This document shows, piece by piece, positions 60,557 through 64,000 of a stretch of 64,000 bases of DNA. The stretch comes from Candidatus Methanoperedenaceae archaeon. Its GTDB lineage: Archaea > Halobacteriota > Methanosarcinia > Methanosarcinales > Methanoperedenaceae. The notes beneath the pieces are model-generated. The model ran no database searches. It was not told the origin of the DNA and saw only the letters and a program-made list of their open reading frames with translations. The DNA lies in assembly GCA_963753595.1 (NCBI GenBank), contig CAVWCX010000036.1, positions 64,001 through 128,000 on the forward strand, in the 5' to 3' direction. Positions within the stretch are counted from its first letter, which is position 1; each line of letters opens with the position of its first letter. The position numbers and the translations under genes are program-made.

Positions 60557-60593
60557 CTGTTCATATATTAAGTCTAACTTACGGTTGCATTAC
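60557..60593 (-). promoter_or_regulatory. conserved viral promoter, copy 1
   Basis: 34/37 identical to 63379-63415; contains a TATA element (TTAATATA on the minus strand). Confidence 0.75.
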
Positions 60594-60691
60594 CCAAACA
60601 ATATTAAGGGTTACTGCTCCTCTAATATTTTTAGCAAGGAATCTATCTTTTTTAAATAACATATTTATCATAAAAAATAACAAACAAAATT

Positions 60692-61162
60692 ATGAACACA
60701 TCACACATTTACCCAGGAGCACATACGTTAAACGCAGACATTACTATCAAAGGATGTAATGATGCTATTGAATTCTATAAAAAAGCATTTGGCGCGACAG
60801 AAAGAGGGAGGATCCTCATGCCCGACGGTTCAATCGCCCATGCAGAAATAGAGATTGAAGGTTCACTGCTTATGATGGCAGAAGAAAAACCTTCTTTGAC
60901 AAATAAAAGCCCAACAACCCTCGGCGGAACTCCTCTTATATTAGCTTTATATGTGAAGGATGATGATACTGTTTTTAAACAAGCTATGGATGCGGGAGCA
61001 ATGCAAGTAAGGCTAATAATAGACGAGTTTTATGGAGACAGGGTTGGACATGTCATTGATCCGTTTGGATATGTATGGATGATAGTAACCCATAAGGAAG
61101 ATATGAGTTTTGAAGAAATGCAAAAGAGAGCAGATAAGATGTTTGGAGAAATTAAAATATGA
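60692..61162 (+). CDS. VOC/glyoxalase (PhnB-like) protein
   Basis: AIEFYKKAFGA.E, HAEI.I, FYGDR.G...DPFG..W. Confidence 0.92.
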   Translation: MNTSHIYPGAHTLNADITIKGCNDAIEFYKKAFGATERGRILMPDGSIAHAEIEIEGSLLMMAEEKPSLTNKSPTTLGGTPLILALYVKDDDTVFKQAMDAGAMQVRLIIDEFYGDRVGHVIDPFGYVWMIVTHKEDMSFEEMQKRADKMFGEIKI

Positions 61163-61175
61163 CTGACAAAGACAA

Positions 61176-61628
61176 ATGAGAGATAAACGATTTATTGCAG
61201 AACATCGGGGCGGACCTCTAACAAAGGAACAGCACTATCAGTTAATTGAATGGGCTTGCGACTGTGCGGAGAATGTATTGCATCTCTTCGGTGAAAAAAT
61301 AGATGAGCGACTAAAAAATGCACTAAATGTGGCCAAAGAATGGAAACAAGGAAACGCCTCGGTTGGTGTCGCAAGAAAAGCTTCATTAGGTGCAATTGCG
61401 GTAGCGAACGAAGCTTCAAACCCGACTGCAATTGCAGTGGCTCGTTCTGTTGGACACGCTGCTGCAACTGCTCATATGGCTGACCATTCATTAGTCGCAG
61501 CGTTGTATGCTTTGAAAGGCGTGAAAAATGCAGGTAAATCAATAGATGCAGAAAGAAAATGGCAAAACGAACAATTGCCATCAGAAATTAGGGAGCTTGT
61601 CCTAACTGCAATAAGTAAGAAGGTGTAA
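61176..61628 (+). CDS. Imm5-like putative immunity protein
   Basis: WACDCAENVL, ARSVGHAAATAHMADH, ERKWQ..QLP. Confidence 0.8.
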   Translation: MRDKRFIAEHRGGPLTKEQHYQLIEWACDCAENVLHLFGEKIDERLKNALNVAKEWKQGNASVGVARKASLGAIAVANEASNPTAIAVARSVGHAAATAHMADHSLVAALYALKGVKNAGKSIDAERKWQNEQLPSEIRELVLTAISKKV

Positions 61629-61639
61629 TAAATAATCAT

Positions 61640-61930
61640 ATGGAAACATACATCATTTTATTGCGCGCAGTTATGCCAACAGGTAAGAACAAGGTTCCAA
61701 TGGCCCAGCTTCGTGTGACGCTAGAGAAAGCGGGGCTTAAGAATGTACGAACATATATCCAGAGTGGCAATGCTATCGTCAAATCAAGCATGAAGGCATC
61801 AGATATAGAGAAGCTAGTACATCAAGTTATCAAAAATGATATCGGCGTCGATATTATCGTTGTTGCAAGAATTGCTACTCAATTTGGTAAAATTGTAGAA
61901 AACAACCCCTTTTTTGGAGAAGATACCTTT
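61640..61930 (+). pseudogene. DUF1697 protein, C-terminally truncated
   Basis: LLRAV..GKNKV.MA.L, VRTYIQSGN, NPF, then the frame runs into the antisense strand of the portal. Confidence 0.75.
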
Positions 61931-61965
61931 TTTTCATGTCGCCAAAAAAAAAGGATTCAGGTAGC

Positions 61966-63360
61966 CTATGCAGTGAGTTTTGTCTGTGGGTCTGCCTCTG
62001 TTGGTCTCGATGATTTGGCTGTACCCATCGGCGCCGGTGTGCTGCTTGCCTTCTGAATTATCTGCAATAAAACTGTCTGCTCTGTGGTGAGCTTCGGCAG
62101 GCCATCCCTTTCCCTTATCTCATCCGGTGTTCTTGTAAACGACTTGACCTTCTCCGTATCTATCTGCGCCTGGAGTTTCAGTGCCCCAAGGCGTTCTGCT
62201 TCTGTCATCTCATACGGGCTATTCCATCGGATGCTCCACTCACCCGTATCCCCTGATAATCTCATAAGTACTGTTTTTAAGACACCTGATATCGCATTCT
62301 GTTTGGCTACTACTTTGCTATAGTAGGTGCTGCGATCCAACTGGCTGCCTGTTACTGCCCCCGTTGACAGGCCATACAATATTGTCTTGGGGTATTCTGT
62401 GACCCCAGCCAGTTGCTCCATCATCTTCTCGAAATATGGTGCAGGATTCAATACCGCGCCAGCCGTATTCAGGATGTTTGCTTTATAGCCGTCGGGAAAA
62501 GCAAGTACGGTTTTAGCGTTTATATCACCCAGCGAATCAAGAGCTGCCTCCCTGTCCTCTTCATTCGCATCTGGCGGCATATCTATCCCCAGTAATCCAC
62601 CGCCTACGCGCCACATGGTCTGGCCTGCACTCCACAGCATATTTTCAACTATCGTGATTATATTGTACGGTCGGTCTAATGCTGACACCCCAATACCCCA
62701 GCGGTTCTGCCTGTCACCCCAGTACTCCTGGAGTCCCGGATTCTCTATTATGATAACTCTTGACACATCAATAAGTGCACTTGTGCCAAACCTGTCTGTC
62801 AGGAGTCTGAATTGCTTTATCTTTAAAGGGAAGGTTACGAAACCATTCTTATCCGCCGTCTCATATACGACATCCTGTACCCATGTTTCGGGGATCGCCA
62901 TTATATATTCTACTTTACTTGTACTATCAGCGGGTTCGTTCAGTTCCTTATTATCCTTTATTCCCAGGAGCAGTACACTGAAGCCGTAAAGCCGTGACCA
63001 TTTCCATGCCTTGTCGAATTCTGCTCTTACCTTACTCTCATAAAGTTGTACCAGTTTCTCGGTCAGTTCCCTATCGGGATCCTCTTTTGTTAAGAACTTG
63101 TCTATGACAAACCCATTCTTCAATGCATCGTCAATGAGTTTGTCCACGATCGGACCGCCAATCCCCCGGTCATACATCTTCTTGCGGTTGGCATCTGTTA
63201 TAGTTTCGGTGAAAAGTGTATTTGTTGAAGACTTTCTCCTATTGGCGTTTGGTGTGCTATTTGGAAAGCCTGTTTTCTCTACGGTGCATACAGCGCTGTC
63301 GTTCCACAGTTTCTCCATTACATGCTTCTTTAACTCCTGCGCATCTTTGAAAACAGCCAT
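61966..63360 (-). CDS. portal protein (DUF1073-like)
   Basis: KWSRLYG.SV, WGIGVS, LAG.TEYP.TILYG, G, YYS.V...Q, W.I.WN. Confidence 0.85.
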   Translation of the reverse strand: MAVFKDAQELKKHVMEKLWNDSAVCTVEKTGFPNSTPNANRRKSSTNTLFTETITDANRKKMYDRGIGGPIVDKLIDDALKNGFVIDKFLTKEDPDRELTEKLVQLYESKVRAEFDKAWKWSRLYGFSVLLLGIKDNKELNEPADSTSKVEYIMAIPETWVQDVVYETADKNGFVTFPLKIKQFRLLTDRFGTSALIDVSRVIIIENPGLQEYWGDRQNRWGIGVSALDRPYNIITIVENMLWSAGQTMWRVGGGLLGIDMPPDANEEDREAALDSLGDINAKTVLAFPDGYKANILNTAGAVLNPAPYFEKMMEQLAGVTEYPKTILYGLSTGAVTGSQLDRSTYYSKVVAKQNAISGVLKTVLMRLSGDTGEWSIRWNSPYEMTEAERLGALKLQAQIDTEKVKSFTRTPDEIRERDGLPKLTTEQTVLLQIIQKASSTPAPMGTAKSSRPTEADPQTKLTA

Positions 63361-63378
63361 TTGATGGAGAATATACCC

Positions 63379-63415
63379 CTGTTCATATATTAAATCTAAC
63401 TTACGTATGCATTAC
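63379..63415 (-). promoter_or_regulatory. conserved viral promoter, copy 2 (portal); divergent from the regulator gene
   Basis: 34/37 identical to 60557-60593. Confidence 0.75.
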
Positions 63416-63466
63416 TTAAGAATTACAATAGTAATATTTATATGGGTTTAACGTGTTTAAAAGGAC

Positions 63467-63838
63467 ATGAAGAAGAAACCAATTGTAAACGAAATAACAT
63501 TTGAAGGTAAGTCCGTTGGACTTCGAAACATAGACTCACAACTTTACCACAAGTTCAGGACGAAGTGTTTGGAATTCAAGCTTGAAAACAGCCGTGGATT
63601 TGAGCAGGCAATAAAGGCGTGGCTGGCTTTAACTGGTGATGATCTATTGACGCAGGCTCCACTCAATACCATAAACCCTAAGGTACTGGCAGAATTCCGA
63701 AGACGATGCGACCAGGAGAAGCTCGACGTTACAACCGGTATCGCCAAGGCGATGGTGAACTGGATACGAAACTTCGCATTCACCGACCCTATTCCCAAAG
63801 AAATTAAGAAGCCGGGAAGGAAGCCCAAGGCGCCATGA
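63467..63838 (+). CDS. tandem ribbon-helix-helix DNA-binding protein
   Basis: Two similar units: LRNIDSQLYHKFRTKC...AIKAWL and LNTINPKVLAEFRRRC...AMVNWI. Confidence 0.6.
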   Translation: MKKKPIVNEITFEGKSVGLRNIDSQLYHKFRTKCLEFKLENSRGFEQAIKAWLALTGDDLLTQAPLNTINPKVLAEFRRRCDQEKLDVTTGIAKAMVNWIRNFAFTDPIPKEIKKPGRKPKAP

Positions 63839-63843
63839 TAGCA

Positions 63844-64000
63844 ATGGACTCCGTTGCTATCTATTATGCAATCTGGTTACTCGCAGTCGTGTCACTTGTT
63901 GGCACTTACCTGAACATCAAGAAGCAGAAGATATGCTTCGTGATATGGGGAGTTACAAACGCACTCTGGGTGTTGTATGATTTTTCGATGGGCGCAATTG
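63844..64000 (+). CDS. PnuC-like small membrane protein (partial)
   Basis: MDSVAIYYAIWLLAVVSLVGTYLNIKKQKICFVIWGVTNALW; runs off the window. Confidence 0.55.
   Translation, partial: MDSVAIYYAIWLLAVVSLVGTYLNIKKQKICFVIWGVTNALWVLYDFSMGAI

Larger units (their letters stand above)
31904..64000 (-). mobile_element. integrated head-tailed (Caudoviricetes-like) provirus, morphogenesis half; continues beyond the window
   Basis: att site plus a co-oriented portal, protease, capsid, adaptor and tail gene series. Confidence 0.92.

Overview
Archaeal genomic window, most likely a Methanosarcinales / Ca. Methanoperedens-like organism (inferred from gene content: cdrS-ftsZ, folP-metV-metF, cofE-like, smsCB, nob1, PhaE-like). 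Positions 1-31.9 kb are host chromosome. They hold a tRNA-Leu(GAG), a ~4.5-kb defence-type cassette (HsdS fragment, RadC, PLD nuclease, Panacea/SocA antitoxin, PIN toxin) sitting between the two halves of a chorismate mutase gene, housekeeping genes, a DDE IS with clean TIRs and TSD, and an IS200/605 tnpB element whose right-end hairpin is interrupted by an IS1182. From 31,904 (an att site matching a tRNA 3' end, probably tRNA-Gln) to the window end lies the morphogenesis half of a head-tailed provirus: portal, DUF2213 protease, decoration protein, capsid, adaptor, Dit-like protein, tail tube and tail proteins. Three features of the provirus stand out. (1) A 2257-aa protein in the tape-measure slot carries an RPA-type OB fold and a His-Me (HNH-like) motif. 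(2) A receptor-binding module is tandemly duplicated, with conserved DNA blocks around variable segments. (3) Three AT-rich cargo cassettes, including an Mre11/Rad50-like pair plus a Zn-ribbon/HEAT gene, each lie directly upstream of a related internal promoter motif. All calls come from motif recognition by eye; no database searches were run.
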